Shown here: positions 38,095 through 50,459 of the stretch, one piece after another
Layout: the number at the start of each line of letters is the position of its first letter
How positions within the stretch are numbered: the first letter of the stretch is position 1
From: Haliotis rufescens
Lineage: Eukaryota
Assembly: GCF_023055435.1 (NCBI RefSeq)
Contig: NW_025964190.1
Span: 62,001-126,000 of the forward strand
Direction: 5' to 3'
DNA: 64,000 bases
Translations under genes and position numbers: made by a program
The notes under the pieces: generated by a model
What the model was told of the DNA's origin: nothing
The model's database searches: none
The model's input: the letters and a program-made list of their open reading frames with translations, nothing else

Positions 38095-38695
38095 AATTAC
38101 AACTGTTGCTATAGTTACTCTCTTGGAGGTTACGACTGTTACTATGGTTACACACTCGAGAATTCCAACTTTTACCATGGTTACTTACTCAAGAGGTACA
38201 ACTGTCACCATGGTTACTTACTCGAAAATTACAACTGTCACCATGGTTACTTCCTTCAAGACCGATTTTTGTTATCATAGTTACTTACTCGAAAATTACA
38301 ACTGTCACCATAGTTACTTCCTTTGAGAGTTATTACTGTTACCATGGTTACTTTCTTGAAAATTACAACTGTCACCACGGTGACTTCCTTTGAGAGTTGT
38401 TACTGTTACCATGGTTACTTACTCGAAAATTACAACTGTCACCATGGTTACTTTCTTTGAGAGTTATTACTGTTACCATGGTTACTTACTCGAAAATTAC
38501 AACTGTCACCATGGTTACTTCCTTTGAGAGTTATTACTGTTACCATGGTTACTTATTCGAAAATGACAACTGCCACCATGGTTACTTCCTTTTTAGAGTT
38601 ATTACTGTTACCATGGTTACTTACTCGAAAATGACAACTGTCACCCCGGTTACTTCCTTAAGAGTTATTACTGTTACCATGGTTACTTACTCGAG
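38095..38695. repeat. ~33/66-bp minisatellite abutting the BRCC3 exon 5 donor
   Basis: Repeats of CCATGGTTACTTACTCGAAAATTACAACTGTCA alternating with CCATGGTTACTTCCTTTGAGAGTTATTACTGTTA. Confidence 0.92.
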
Positions 38696-38755
38696 AGGGC
38701 CGTAGTCTCCTCCCCGACTCACACTCTGGAAGCTGGTCACCTGAACTCGGTTTTG
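38691..38755 (-). CDS. BRCC3: BRCC3 exon 5
   Basis: QNRVQVTSFQSVSRGGDYGPL-D; acceptor TTTGCAG, donor GA|GTAAGT; phases 0 and 2 fit the neighbouring exons. Confidence 0.82.
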
Positions 38756-38914
38756 CTGCAAACAAATTCAGGATTGTCAATTCACATTTAATGTCAGGCG
38801 GGACTGTAAGGGCTTGGGGAAATCATAAAACAGTGGGGGACACCAGAAATGGGCTTCACACTTTGTACCCAAGTCAGGAATCGAACAAAGGTCTTCGGTG
38901 ATACAAGTGAGACT

Positions 38915-39424
38915 CAATCTCATTAAAATCAGATCTTAGTTCTTGCTACCGCTAAACAAAGATCTGAGGACATCCCATTACGGGTCACGTCAGAACGATC
39001 TTTTGCGAAATTTGACCGACCAATGGAATGAGTAACAAGAAGTCGACAACAGCCAATCAGAAGGCAGCTTAATCAAGCTTTACAGCACGGGTTTCAAACT
39101 GGCGACTACGCTTCGAAACATAATTTGACATATACTCGATTAAAAAATTAAAACCTGAACAAAAGAACATTCTTGAATGGCTAATAGATGGTCTAGATAG
39201 TGTGAATACAGTCATGAAGACCCTTACTATTGTTCGGAATACCCTGTGTGTGGTTTTTTCAAGGTTGCACGATCAAAATTCACATTCCAACTGTCACTTT
39301 CATGGTCTGATAAGCGATGCTTTGATTGGTCAGATGAAAGGTCGTTCTGATGAAGTCGTAATGGGACGTCCTCAGATCTTTGTTTAGCGGTAGCGAGAAC
39401 TAAGATCTGATTTTAATGTGATTG
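38915..39424. mobile_element. MITE with long TIRs and 9-bp TSD (Mutator-like), inserted in a family-A SINE
   Basis: TIR CAATCTCATTAAAATCAGATCTTAGTTC...; TSD AGTGAGACT at 38906-38914 and 39425-39433; partial inverted sister copy at ~37635-37959. Confidence 0.8.
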
Positions 39425-40090
39425 AGTGAGACTCTAACCACTACACTCCCCGACTGTCCCAGTGCCACAAGAAAACTGAGATGCATCTGTTGATCATTGA
39501 ATACAGGAAGTGAGGTAAAATGGGCATTAATGTTGCTTGTTGTTTGTGTGGCTGCTTGTACTACACCTGAGATATAATAGAGACACAGCTGATATTTTCC
39601 ATTGAACCCAAATGCATGGTTTCAGTGCTAAGATCTATGATCACATGAACATACTCAGTTGAAGATATAATTTAAACCCACTATCAGCGGATCCTGACAT
39701 TACAAGGGTCACAACTCTGAACCGGAAAATTGCAGCGCACTGGCCACCCAAACCCAAAGTCATGTAATGTATGTCCTGGCACTATGAGCATGATGAGAAG
39801 TTGTTTGTTTGTTTGTTTGTTGTTTAACGCCACACTCAGCAACATCAGCTATATGACGGCGGTCTGTAAATAATCAAGTCTGGACCAGACAATCCAGTGA
39901 ATGACATCATGAGCATCAATCCACGCAGTTGGCATACGATGACATGCATCAACCAAGTCAGCGAGCCTGACCACCCGATCCTGTTAGTCGCCTCTAGTGA
40001 CCTAGTCGCCTTTTACGGCAAGCATGGGTTGCTGATGACCTATTCTACCCCGGATCTTCAGGTGTCACTGTGAGAAGTGAGAAAAGTTAC

Positions 40091-40179
40091 CTTGGTGTGT
40101 TTGTCTTCATTAAACACGGAGAAGATGAGGCCTATGAAGCCAGGGTCCATCAGCTGGTATGACGCTTGTGTTCGCACAT
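40091..40179 (-). CDS. BRCC3: BRCC3 exon 4
   Basis: DVRTQASYQLMDPGFIGLIFSVFNEDKHTK; completes the JAMM Asp. Confidence 0.92.
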
Positions 40180-41058
40180 CTGAACGTAACACAAAGACGC
40201 AGAATACACAAACTGAAGTAGTTCACGTCATCCACAAACAGCTGTAACGTTTCACCAATCAGTGTTTGAAATAAGTCGAGCAGGTGACCCATAAGTATTG
40301 CCTGCCCACCTTCATAGTAACCTGCCCTCATTCAGACATTAAGAATATTGAAAAAAAATGAAATAATAAGAGACAAATCGTGTCTTAATTCGTTTGAAAT
40401 AATCCAAACAATTATTTAAAAATCTATGAAAAGTTAAAATTATCTGCTCAACAAGTGGGCAGTAGGAGGAAAATTTCAGACAGCCCGACAGAAAAGTTAC
40501 CAGCCACGGGCAGGGGGGCAGGCAGTTATTTGTTTTCTACACTTAAGAAGAGTATGTCTTGGTGGTTATGATCATGAAGCTGGTTATTTTAAGAAATGCA
40601 GTAATAAAACACACAAATAACATTCTTTTCTGAGCAGTCAGGGACTTATTTCGGGTTTAAAAAAAGTGGGCAGGGAAACTGGAATTGTTTTTTGACATTG
40701 TTCAAAATCGGATTTTGTTCATGTTCTTATTTCGCAAATTCTGAGGAATTGGGATTTAAAAAATTTAAATTTGGAATGTTAACTGTCTCTTGCTGACGAC
40801 TCAGGGCCGAATATCGGCCTCCGAACAGCTCTAGATAAATCAATGAGAAGTGTTGGATTCTGATACCTGACACAGTATTATCACAGGTATCCATGACAAC
40901 TGGTCATTTGACCTATCAATAAGAGCTTGTTTACTGAGTCACTAGCTAGGTTACATATATTGACAAACAAAGTCTGTAACCATGGTAAATGACCCTGATA
41001 GAGGTCACAAAAGCATCTGGATCTGTAACAATGGTAACCGATTATTAATGTTTCTTAC

Positions 41059-41146
41059 CAACATGGGATGGCCACACTGTGATGTGGGGATGAGAATGGT
41101 ACCAGCCCAACACTCGCATCGGCCGCTGCAGCTCTTTGGCCAAGTC
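41059..41146 (-). CDS. BRCC3: BRCC3 exon 3 (JAMM motif)
   Basis: DLAKELQRPMRVLGWYHSHPHITVWPSHV; HSH zinc ligands. Confidence 0.95.
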
Positions 41147-41786
41147 CTGTGCATAAAACAAGTAACATCTACATCCTTGTTTGTTGTTTAACCTGGTGCG
41201 CTCAGCAATATTCAAGCAATATATCTGTTTGTTTGTTGTTTAACGCCGCACTCAGCAATATTCCAGCTATATGACAGCGGTCTGTGAATAAGCGAGTCTG
41301 GAACCAGACAATCCAGTGACTGACATTATGAGCAGCGATCTACGCAATTGGGATTGATGACATACATCAACCAAGTCAGCGAGCCTGACCACCCGATCTC
41401 ATTAGTTGCCTCTTACGACTAGCATAGTCGCCTCTTACGACAAGCATAGTCGCCTCTTATGACAAGCATAGTCGCCTTTTACAGCAAGCATATGATTGTG
41501 GTCTGTAAATAATCAAGTCACCATGACAGCATAATTGACATCATGAGCAACTGAAATACGATAACATGCATCAATATAGTCAGCAAAACTGACCACCAAA
41601 TCCCGTTAGTCACTCTTGCGACAAGCATGGGTTGCTGATCTGACCTGGATCGTCATGGGTACTTTCATATATAATTCCATTTGAATACTTCTCATGGTAT
41701 TGACAGAGGGGGGTGGGGGGGGGGGAGGATTTTACGCAAATATGCTGCTTATCTGTAGCTTTATTATTATTATTATTATTATCATT

Positions 41787-42136
41787 ACCTTATTCGACGT
41801 AATAAGCACCCCACTCTAATAAGCACCCACTGCAATATTTGCTAATATATTGGCTAGTGAACAATCCCAATTAGCACCCCTTCCAATTGATCAATGTACA
41901 AGACTTATTTATTCGTGTATAATACGCACTCGTGTTATATGCACCCTTAATTATGGGCAATTAAATTCTGGAAAAATATATCTGTCGTATATATACATTT
42001 CAGGCTGTCAGTATAACATGGTATAAACCAAGAAAATTTATCTTTCAACTCAAAAAGTTTTTCACCCAAATAATATTCTAATAAGAGCCCCCTATTTCTA
42101 ATTTTGAGAGCGCCCTGGGCGCTTATGCGGAATACT
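41787..42136. mobile_element. MITE family with TACCGTATTCGACGTAATAAG-type ends (pogo/Tigger-like)
   Basis: Homologous copies at 52195-52578 and 62974-63306, with TA-flanked CCGTA...TACGG ends. Confidence 0.7.
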
Positions 42137-42623
42137 TTATTATTATTATTAGGCCTTATAGCTAAAATGGATAGAATTATCATTAAAACGCCCGCATGTT
42201 ATCAGAAATCAGCGGGCCACTGTAACTTGATAATGCCCTCATATTACTTGACGACGGGCCATTATCACGCCCGTTGTTAGGTGACGTCATAGGATAGGGA
42301 TAGGTGATGTAACGTTCAATAGTGACGTCATCTGGTTTGTTCTATGACGTTTCCATATTTGTAAAAGTGGGTCAGTGACATTCGTGTTGTTTGCAGTAAA
42401 TGTTTCAAAATCGACATTGTTTCTATTTATTTGATAACAAATTCCATCCATTTTAGCTATAATAACGGTAACGCTATTTTTCAGGGCATTATCATTTGCT
42501 GAAGCCCTCGGTCTTTTCAACTGCCCTCCTTCGTCGGGCAGTTAATGGAAGACCTCGGGCTTCTGCAAATGATAATGCCCTGAAAAATAGCGTTACCCTT
42601 ATATTATTGTGCTAATAAACTAC

Positions 42624-42743
42624 CTCTGCCTTGGTTGATGCATCAGAAAGCTGTTCCGGTGATATCTCCACCCTGTCCGCCTGCTTGTCCGACCTCCTTA
42701 ACATGATGACAGCCGAGACATGGGACACTTTCCTCTCGTCAAC
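42624..42743 (-). CDS. BRCC3: BRCC3 exon 2
   Basis: VDERKVSHVSAVIMLRRSDKQADRVEISPEQLSDASTKAE; AG/GT ends, phase 0. Confidence 0.93.
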
Positions 42744-43980
42744 CTAAAACATACAATACATATTGACATAGGTAGATTGTTACTTTACATACTAGAATCC
42801 TGTGATTTAGACACAAAAAACTGTATATAGGTCAATGACTTGGACCAAAAAATTGTAATAAGTCAATGACAAAAGTCAATAAGTCAAATCAACAAAAATG
42901 GCAGAACCATAACAGCAAATCCATTTGTGATTGGATGAAAATATACTATCTGGCCAATAAAACACTGCGATACTAAAAGCGCTTGACTAATCACAATAGC
43001 TTGAGACAGTGTTTTCCTATGACACAGAAAGTATGATGTAATGTCATCTGCTGCTTAGAATTTCCATTACAAAAATTTATGGCTGTGAATTGTTTTTTAA
43101 ATTAAAATTGTATCTGGGAGTGATCCTTACTATCTAATTAAGAAATTTTAAAAAATGTGACACCTTGCTTAGCATTTCTATTGGTCAAAAGTCTGACTAC
43201 AGTGGTCCCTCGCTACAACGCTACCAATGGGGTCCAAATAATTGGTGGGCGTTATAGACGATGAGCCGTTTAACCGAGGCCGAGGCGGGGGAGCGCGCTC
43301 GGCAAATCTCAAATCATCAATGTGTTTATCTCACGTCACGTCAAAATAGTATATATTTTTATGGACCTAGATCTACCTGTAATATCATTCATTTATTAAA
43401 TCCGTCACATTTCACAATGTCTGAAATACGTATTCCATTTCAATTTATCATTTTTTATCGATAAATTAAAAAAATTATTCACTATTTCCCGCGATGTTAT
43501 TGAAAATAAAATTCTCGGACACACATTTCGACAACGGGTCCGCATCGAACATGTCAAAGAGCAAAATAAAGACGTTTTAAGCAAATCTTTAAATATATTA
43601 TACAAAGTGTTAAATAAATTCAACAAAAATATATCTAAAAGTAATCAAACTTACATCTAAGTTATTATTTCCATCGTTTCGTGCGATCGCGTGTAATGTG
43701 AGTCAAATGACATCTCGGCTTTCGTCGCCTTGAATTCTCGGCTCGGACACAACGTTTAATGCAAAAATATATGCATGAAAAATCTTAAACAAACCATCGT
43801 TCAAATAGGAATCTTATCGGTCTTTGACTGGTGACTGATGGCCCTCCGAAACTCTGGAATCATCTGAATGATTGCTACAAATCCTTAGTAAATGTAAAAT
43901 ATTAGTTGTTGTGTCATTAGCTGGATTTTACTGCAATACCAGCTGAACAGTGAATTGGTCCTGTACCTACTATGACTGAT

Positions 43981-44145
43981 GTGAGTGAGTGAGTTTGGTT
44001 TTACGCCGCTTTTAGCAATATTCCAGCCATATCACGGCGGGGGACACCAGAAATGGGCTTCACACATTGTACCCATGTCGGGATTCGAACCCGGGTCTTC
44101 GGCGTGATGAGCAACGCTTTAACCAGTAGGCTACCCGACCGCCCC
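43981..44145 (-). mobile_element. SINE family A
   Basis: Full-length reverse copy. Confidence 0.85.
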
Positions 44146-44306
44146 CTGTACCTGAAGGTTCAGCACACTAACTAGTTATAGTTTGGTAATTGCACTTAAC
44201 CAATCTTAACCATCCTAAAGTTGCCACTCAATGTATTCTCAGTTGTGCAGTGACAAACATGGCAAGTGTTTATCAACCATGAACATGCAAGGCAAGAACA
44301 CACTTT

Positions 44307-44938
44307 CAGGGCTCGATTTAGCTTTTTTAAACATGCACAAGTTCAACCTATTATTGAAAATACAGCCTAATATTTATGTCTACATGCACCAAATGAACGT
44401 AAAAAACTTTGTGTCTGACTGACCTTTACTTGTCCACACACAATCCATTTTTGAACTAACTTAGTACCTCTAAAGTTTATTTACCATACAACATAACTAA
44501 TCCTGTGTAATTCATTATGTTTTCATGGTGACATCATCAAACTGTGGGTACTTCAAGATTATGTGCACATGTTCCTATTACGTTTTACAGCAATGGGGGC
44601 GGTCGGGTAGCCTATTGGTTAAAGCGTTCGCTTGTCACGCCGAAGACCCGGGTTCGATTCCCGACATGGGTACAATGTGTGAAGCCCATTTCTGGTGTCC
44701 CCCGCCGTGATATTGCTCGAATGTTTCTAAAAGCGGCGGAAAACCATACTCACTCACTCACTCACTTTTACAGCAACGTGTCATTAATTTAAGTGACACT
44801 GGCAGCAGACAAGCCTGTGTTTCAACTTTGATAAATTTATGAGAGCAGGGTGCACCCTGGTTCTATTTGGTGCAACATAGATTGCATATCAACATGCATC
44901 AAGTGCAAGTTAAATCAAGTTCCTTAAATCGAGCCCTG
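44307..44938. mobile_element. Non-autonomous TIR element (CAGGGCTCGATTTA ends, 5-bp TSD ACTTT) carrying a nested family-A SINE (44595-44765)
   Basis: 14-bp TIR and ACTTT on both sides; the nested SINE has its own TSD TTTTACAGCAA. Confidence 0.75.
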
Positions 44939-45037
44939 ACTTTACCAGGAGTGTGTTCTAGCAGACTTTCCTGTTTTGTACTGCAGCGATGTAGCGATAG
45001 TCAGCTGTGAATCAAACTTCACTGATCCTTAGTGTTG

Positions 45038-45235
45038 ACTGTGTCACTGTTTGGGAAGGTTATCTCCCCTTTTCGAAACTAAGGGTTAGTGGTCCAGCGT
45101 TGGCTGTGTCAGTGTTAGGGTAGGTTATCTCCCCTTTCCGAAGCTAAGGGTTAGTGGTCCAATGTTGGCTGTGTCACTGTTTGGGAAGGTTATCTCCCCT
45201 TTCCGAAACTAAGGGTTAGTGGTCCAGTGTTGGCG
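45038..45235. repeat. ~65-bp tandem repeat, 3 copies
   Basis: CTGTGTCACTGTTTGGGAAGGTTATCTCCCCTTT...AAGGGTTAGTGGTCCA repeated three times. Confidence 0.85.
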
Positions 45236-46094
45236 AATTACTTATCTGCCAGCTCACCTAACCTAGCTTCTACAAGTTGACAATGCAAATTTGAACTCAA
45301 CAACCACTAGAGCTAAATAGCATGGGGAGTAGTGCACCTTACCAGGAGAACTGTTTCGGTTTTCAATTAATACCACATGGAGGATCAAACTCACTTTGCC
45401 ACCTTGCAACAGGACCACAAGTGCTAAACAGCTATGACAAATAACTAGTGTTTGTGTACCAAATGATCAGATCGATGCTCATGATGTCAATCACTGGATT
45501 GTCTGGTCCAGACATGACTGTTTACAAACCGCCGTCTTATAGCTGGAATATTGCTGAGTGCGGAGTTAAACAAACAACCAACCAAGTGATCAGCAGCCCA
45601 TTGTTTACCGCCACATGCATGCACAGTTACTGTGACAGTAGCCATTTTCTATGCAAAACTCGAAACGTGATAAAATGATTGATTTTCCTGAAATTACTTT
45701 GGATTAAATCGATAGAAGTTATAGCTAACGCATACTCCATCTCACAACTAAAGCTAAGAATCTTGGTGGCTAATCTGAAGGATCGTAAAGAGATGTTTTA
45801 TAGGAAAGGGTACCTAAACCTAATGATCGTGGGTTTTTGATGAGAAAGGGAATCAAAGTGCTAAGAATAGAGTTTGGGCTAATCTTCTCTAACACAACTA
45901 ACCATCGAAGAGGTACGCGAGACCTGTGAAGCGAGAGCAACGGCCGGCTGCCTGAGCCAATCTGTGCTATATAGGCTGTATTTTCTTTGACATACATCAA
46001 ATTCACACACACTAACATTCAAGCAATTGATCAACGACAGCTGTGTCCCGGTAAACTGCTCATGCAGATGTACAGGCCTGGCGCTAAAGCTCAC

Positions 46095-46199
46095 CTCTCC
46101 GATGAGCAGACCCATGACTTCTTCTCTCTCGGTTGACAAGGCATGCGTCAGACACACCAGATACGCATCTGCTTCAAGATGTACACAAGACACCGCCAT
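46095..46199 (-). CDS. BRCC3: BRCC3/BRCC36 Lys63-specific JAMM deubiquitinase, exon 1
   Basis: MAVSCVHLEADAYLVCLTHALSTEREEVMGLLIGE with donor GTGAGC. The seven exons total 798 nt (265 aa plus stop). Confidence 0.95.
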
Positions 46200-46340
46200 G
46201 ATTTTACTTTTGGATCAAACAATAATGATCCAAACACTAGATGTTTACAAATATTACCCTTAAAATAGCATTAACAATATCGAATTGTACAAGGGTCGCG
46301 AGACAATACCGGAAATACTTATCCGGAAGTTAGGTGCTGA
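46200..46340. promoter_or_regulatory. Putative bidirectional promoter (BRCC3 / DUF229 gene)
   Basis: Head-to-head genes; TCGCGAGA at 46296-46303 and tandem ETS-type CCGGAA at 46309 and 46323. Confidence 0.55.
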
Positions 46341-47676
46341 GTGAATTCTAAAAAGTTGTAGTGATATGCGAAACACGATGTCATTTAATTTATCATGTGC
46401 CTAGTATTTCGGAAAATTGAAGCATTTAATTCACGAGAATTACGTATTTTGAACATGAGATTAAGTTCACCGTTTGCAAAATCCAGTTTATAAAATAAAG
46501 GATAAAATTGTTTCGGATTTATTCATCGATGTGCGTTTTATAATTACGATTAACTTATCGACCTCCAAACAGAAAAGAGTTGTCAAACCTGTGTTTAGAC
46601 GATCGTGTTTACACGCGAGCAATGAAAAGGTAAACAATGTACTATTTGTTTGATTGTATTGTGATGGCTGCTACATTTATTCATTGTGTTCGCATGTTGC
46701 CCTTTTCGCACGAACTTGATGATGCTTTGGTATTTGTGGCAAATTGAGAAGCACAATTCTTGCTAGGCTTACTGATCGTTGACTTATTGATTGATTTCTC
46801 ATGTTCACGTGTAAGGCTACACGACTGTAGGTGTTAGTTCTTGTGCAGCTCAGTTCTCAGTTTATGCTATATGATAACCTATGTCATCTGCGGAAATTTG
46901 TCTCATTCATTCGTTTTAATCATTTAGTAATTTTGTCGTTTGTGAAACATTTGTTAAGGATTCGGTAATTTGTTTACATACGTACAGCACATATACAATT
47001 AGGACTCATCTCTATTCTATGCTCTATTTTTATTACTACTTATTTGTAATAGAATATTTTTTATGGATTCCGTTCCAACATCTTTTAGAGTTAGTGCAAT
47101 ATATCATACCAGAGACCATATCGGTATATGGCCTCTGATCATACTAAAAGACCTGTTTCCACCTACTAAAAGCATATACGATTTCCAAATTAACAGGCTT
47201 ATATGGGATAAACTGCCCTTGGAAAAAAAATTAGTTTGTTCCAAAATGGTATTTTAAAAATATATTATTTGCTTACTTAAGTGGTATTCTAAACATAAAA
47301 TTGCATTTAATGCTGTGAAAAGTATTCCTGAAAAGCCTCTTCCTCTATTGGTCATGTTATCAGAGATACAAATCACATCGACCAAGACATTAGTATATAT
47401 TATTGTTATACAGATATAAACATGAGTTGGGATAGTTCCTTTTCCTATTTGGGAATTTTTGCTGAAATTTGCTATAGGCTTGGGGCTGAATATTGGTCTC
47501 TGAGAAGGTCTTTGTAAATTCCTGAGTAAACATAATAAATGTGAATAATTCCTTTTCTATTCATTTCCAGAAAGTGTCCTGTTGGAATGCCAGGTAAATA
47601 CAAAGATAGCAACACTAGGACATTGATGTAGGACAATGGCTATCAAGGAGCCATTAGAGTCAAACTAGCGACATCC

Positions 47677-49027
47677 ATGTTCACCTTCCCAGGCAATGTT
47701 GACACGATGGTGTTAGCACTCAACCGATGGAGGAGAACAGCCAGGGGGAAAAAGATACTCCTCATCCTTGCTGCTGGTTTAATCATAGTCATCATCAACA
47801 TCATCTGTGGTGTCAACTTCATGGACGCTCGCTACCCAGTTGACTACAATGCTGATGACGACTCTAATCCTGTTGCCACACTGGACAAAAACAGTGAGAG
47901 CTACATCAGAGAACAACGCCGACGTGAAAGACTCCAGATTTTCCAAAAGATTTTCGAAAAACAGAGTCGTAGGAAATCACAAATCAGTAATCAGACCTGT
48001 CAGCATCCTCACTTGGATTTGAAGCATGATAGCAACAAAGAAGCATTCCATTCTATGCCTCCCTTGAACTGTACTGGGAAGAGCTTGTTTTACTTGCACA
48101 ACCGTGTTGCACGGCTTAACAGAACTGTGCTACAGGGTAAGGAACTTGGCAAGTGCTTGTATTTTGGGATAGAACGAATGACGGATGAATTCTTTACCTA
48201 CACTGAGAGCCTAGAAAAGACAGCACCTCCATATGATCTCATATTAAATCATGACTTTCTGAGGATACAGTGTAACTATAAGAGCACCGAGGAAGAAGAG
48301 AAAAATATAGACTATCCTGCGCAACGAAGACTGATGTCAATGGAATTTAGGCACCAGAAGAAAAATATTCCAAACAGCCATAAAGACATTCATCAAACTG
48401 ATTTGAAATATGATCATGATATACTTGACAAACAAAATGCCAAAGATGTGATACGTTTTTCTCAACAAAAAGCACCTGTCAACAAAAAATCAAATTCTTT
48501 ATTGGACCAATTGAAAACTTGGAATCAATCAGGTACCGGTACTCCACAGGGGGGTCAAGGTCAAGCACGGAAGTTGCTGCAGATGAATTTTGAGGAGGGT
48601 AAAGCTGGGGATGAGTTAAAGGAACCGATGAACGGCGCCGGCGACATCATGGCGCCATTTCCAGGGGGAGACTCGGACCAGTTTAATCCCGGGATGGGGC
48701 CGGCTCTAGACGACAGTGAAGGATTTGACTACCAACATTTTATGGGAGCTGAATGGAGTGATAAAGATTTTGATCAGTTTCTTGTTCAAGTTGTTCCAAA
48801 GCAAGAAGTGTTTGATAGAATCACCAAAGCTAAAGCCAAAATGACGAAGCCTTCGTCCAATATGAACATCCTCATTCTAGCCATGGATTCCATGTCGCAG
48901 TTGTCCTATCAGAGGAAACTGCCACTGACGTATCGATACCTGAAGGAGGAGCTAGGGGCGACTGTGCTGGACGGCTACAATATTGTTGGTGATGCTACAA
49001 CCGCCGCTCTCATCCCCATGTTAACAG
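47677..49027 (+). CDS. DUF229-family (alkaline phosphatase/sulfatase superfamily) type II membrane protein, first coding exon
   Basis: N-terminal signal anchor (ILLILAAGLIIVIINIICGV); NILILAMDSMS and GYNIVGDATTAALIPMLTG; phase-1 donor G|GTGAGG; upstream acceptor at 47570. Confidence 0.88.
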
Positions 49028-49162
49028 GTGAGGCCAACATTTTATATGAGGGTCGTCTGGACCAGACAATCCAGTGATTGATATCATGAGTATCGATCCA
49101 CGCAATTGGGATCGATGACATGCATCAACCAAGTCAGCGAGCCTGACCACACAATCCCGTTA

Positions 49163-49626
49163 CAGAGCTCCAGATAAGCTTTTGGTGTTGTGGGTATTTT
49201 ACCCATGCATTTTAAAATCATTGGGTAGCAGTAATTCTATCTGGGTATTCAAATTTCTGTTACCCACTAGTTTTTACACATGTGGGTATTTAAATTAAAT
49301 ATTTAAAAACACTATTCATCTAGTCCCTGCAAACTGGTGTCATGTGGGTTGAGAGCTTTATAGGACTCAAAAATACCAAGAAAGTGTGATGGCAAATGAT
49401 CATGATGTAACTGTCATCGTTCAAAATAAGTTGCTGATTTGCTTATCGAATACGCAGCGTTACCATGGGTTACTTCGCAATATTTTGATGATACGCACAA
49501 GTTTTAATTTTGTAGCGTATCTGTAATGTTCGTTGCGTATTTGATACGCTTGGATTTTATTTTACTGCATATTTCTGCATTTCTGATGCATATTTTACGC
49601 AGATATGCAGCTTATCTGGAGCTCTG
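49163..49626. mobile_element. CAGAGCTCCAGATAAG MITE
   Basis: TIRs at both ends; homologous to 37116-37612. Confidence 0.85.
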
Positions 49627-50459
49627 ATATGAGGGTCGTCAGTGTGTGTGTTACAAGTCAGTTCTGTTCAGTAGTCAGATAAATTTGGGGTCTTTAGTCA
49701 GTAGTCAGTATTTTTTCGGTAGTTGGTTAAAAATAGCCATTTCTAACCGTGAGCAAGCTGTCAAGATGAATCTAAGATGGGGAATCATCTCGGAATATCA
49801 GTCGGTAGAGAAACATGGGGACAGCTGATTCTGCTTTTGTTTCCCTACTGCAGACTCGTGAAGATACGGGTAGAATAGGTCTTCAGCAACCCATGTTTGC
49901 TGTAAACAGCGACTATGCTTGTCGTAAGAGGCGACTAAGGGGATCGGGTGGTCAGGCTCGCTGACTTGGTTGATGCATGTCATCGTATCACAATTACATG
50001 TACCGATGCACATGATATCATGTGATATCAATCACTGGATTGTTTGGTCTAGACTTGATTATTTACAAACCACGGTCATTTAACTGGAATATTGCTAAGT
50101 GCGGTGTTAAATAACAAACAAAACAAACAATTATCTTCATGATCTTTGACCCAATTTATTATCGTATTTTTCCGGTATTCTCCTTTAAAACAGAGTTGAC
50201 CATGCTTGTCGTAAGTGGCGACTAACGGGATCGGGTGGTCAGGACGTGATGGGTCTGTATCATGCCTAGGTTTGAAATAGGAGATATCCTCAAATTTGAA
50301 AATTGTTTATGAGTTCTGACCTACGTACCTTAAATTCTTGGGGATTCTGTTCGTATGGGGGCGGTTCACACCTGTTCTGTCATTAGGTAAATCTTTCCAC
50401 AAGTTAGTATTAAGGAGTTATTTTTCCTTGCTTGAACAGAAGTGCTTGATGAGATGCAA

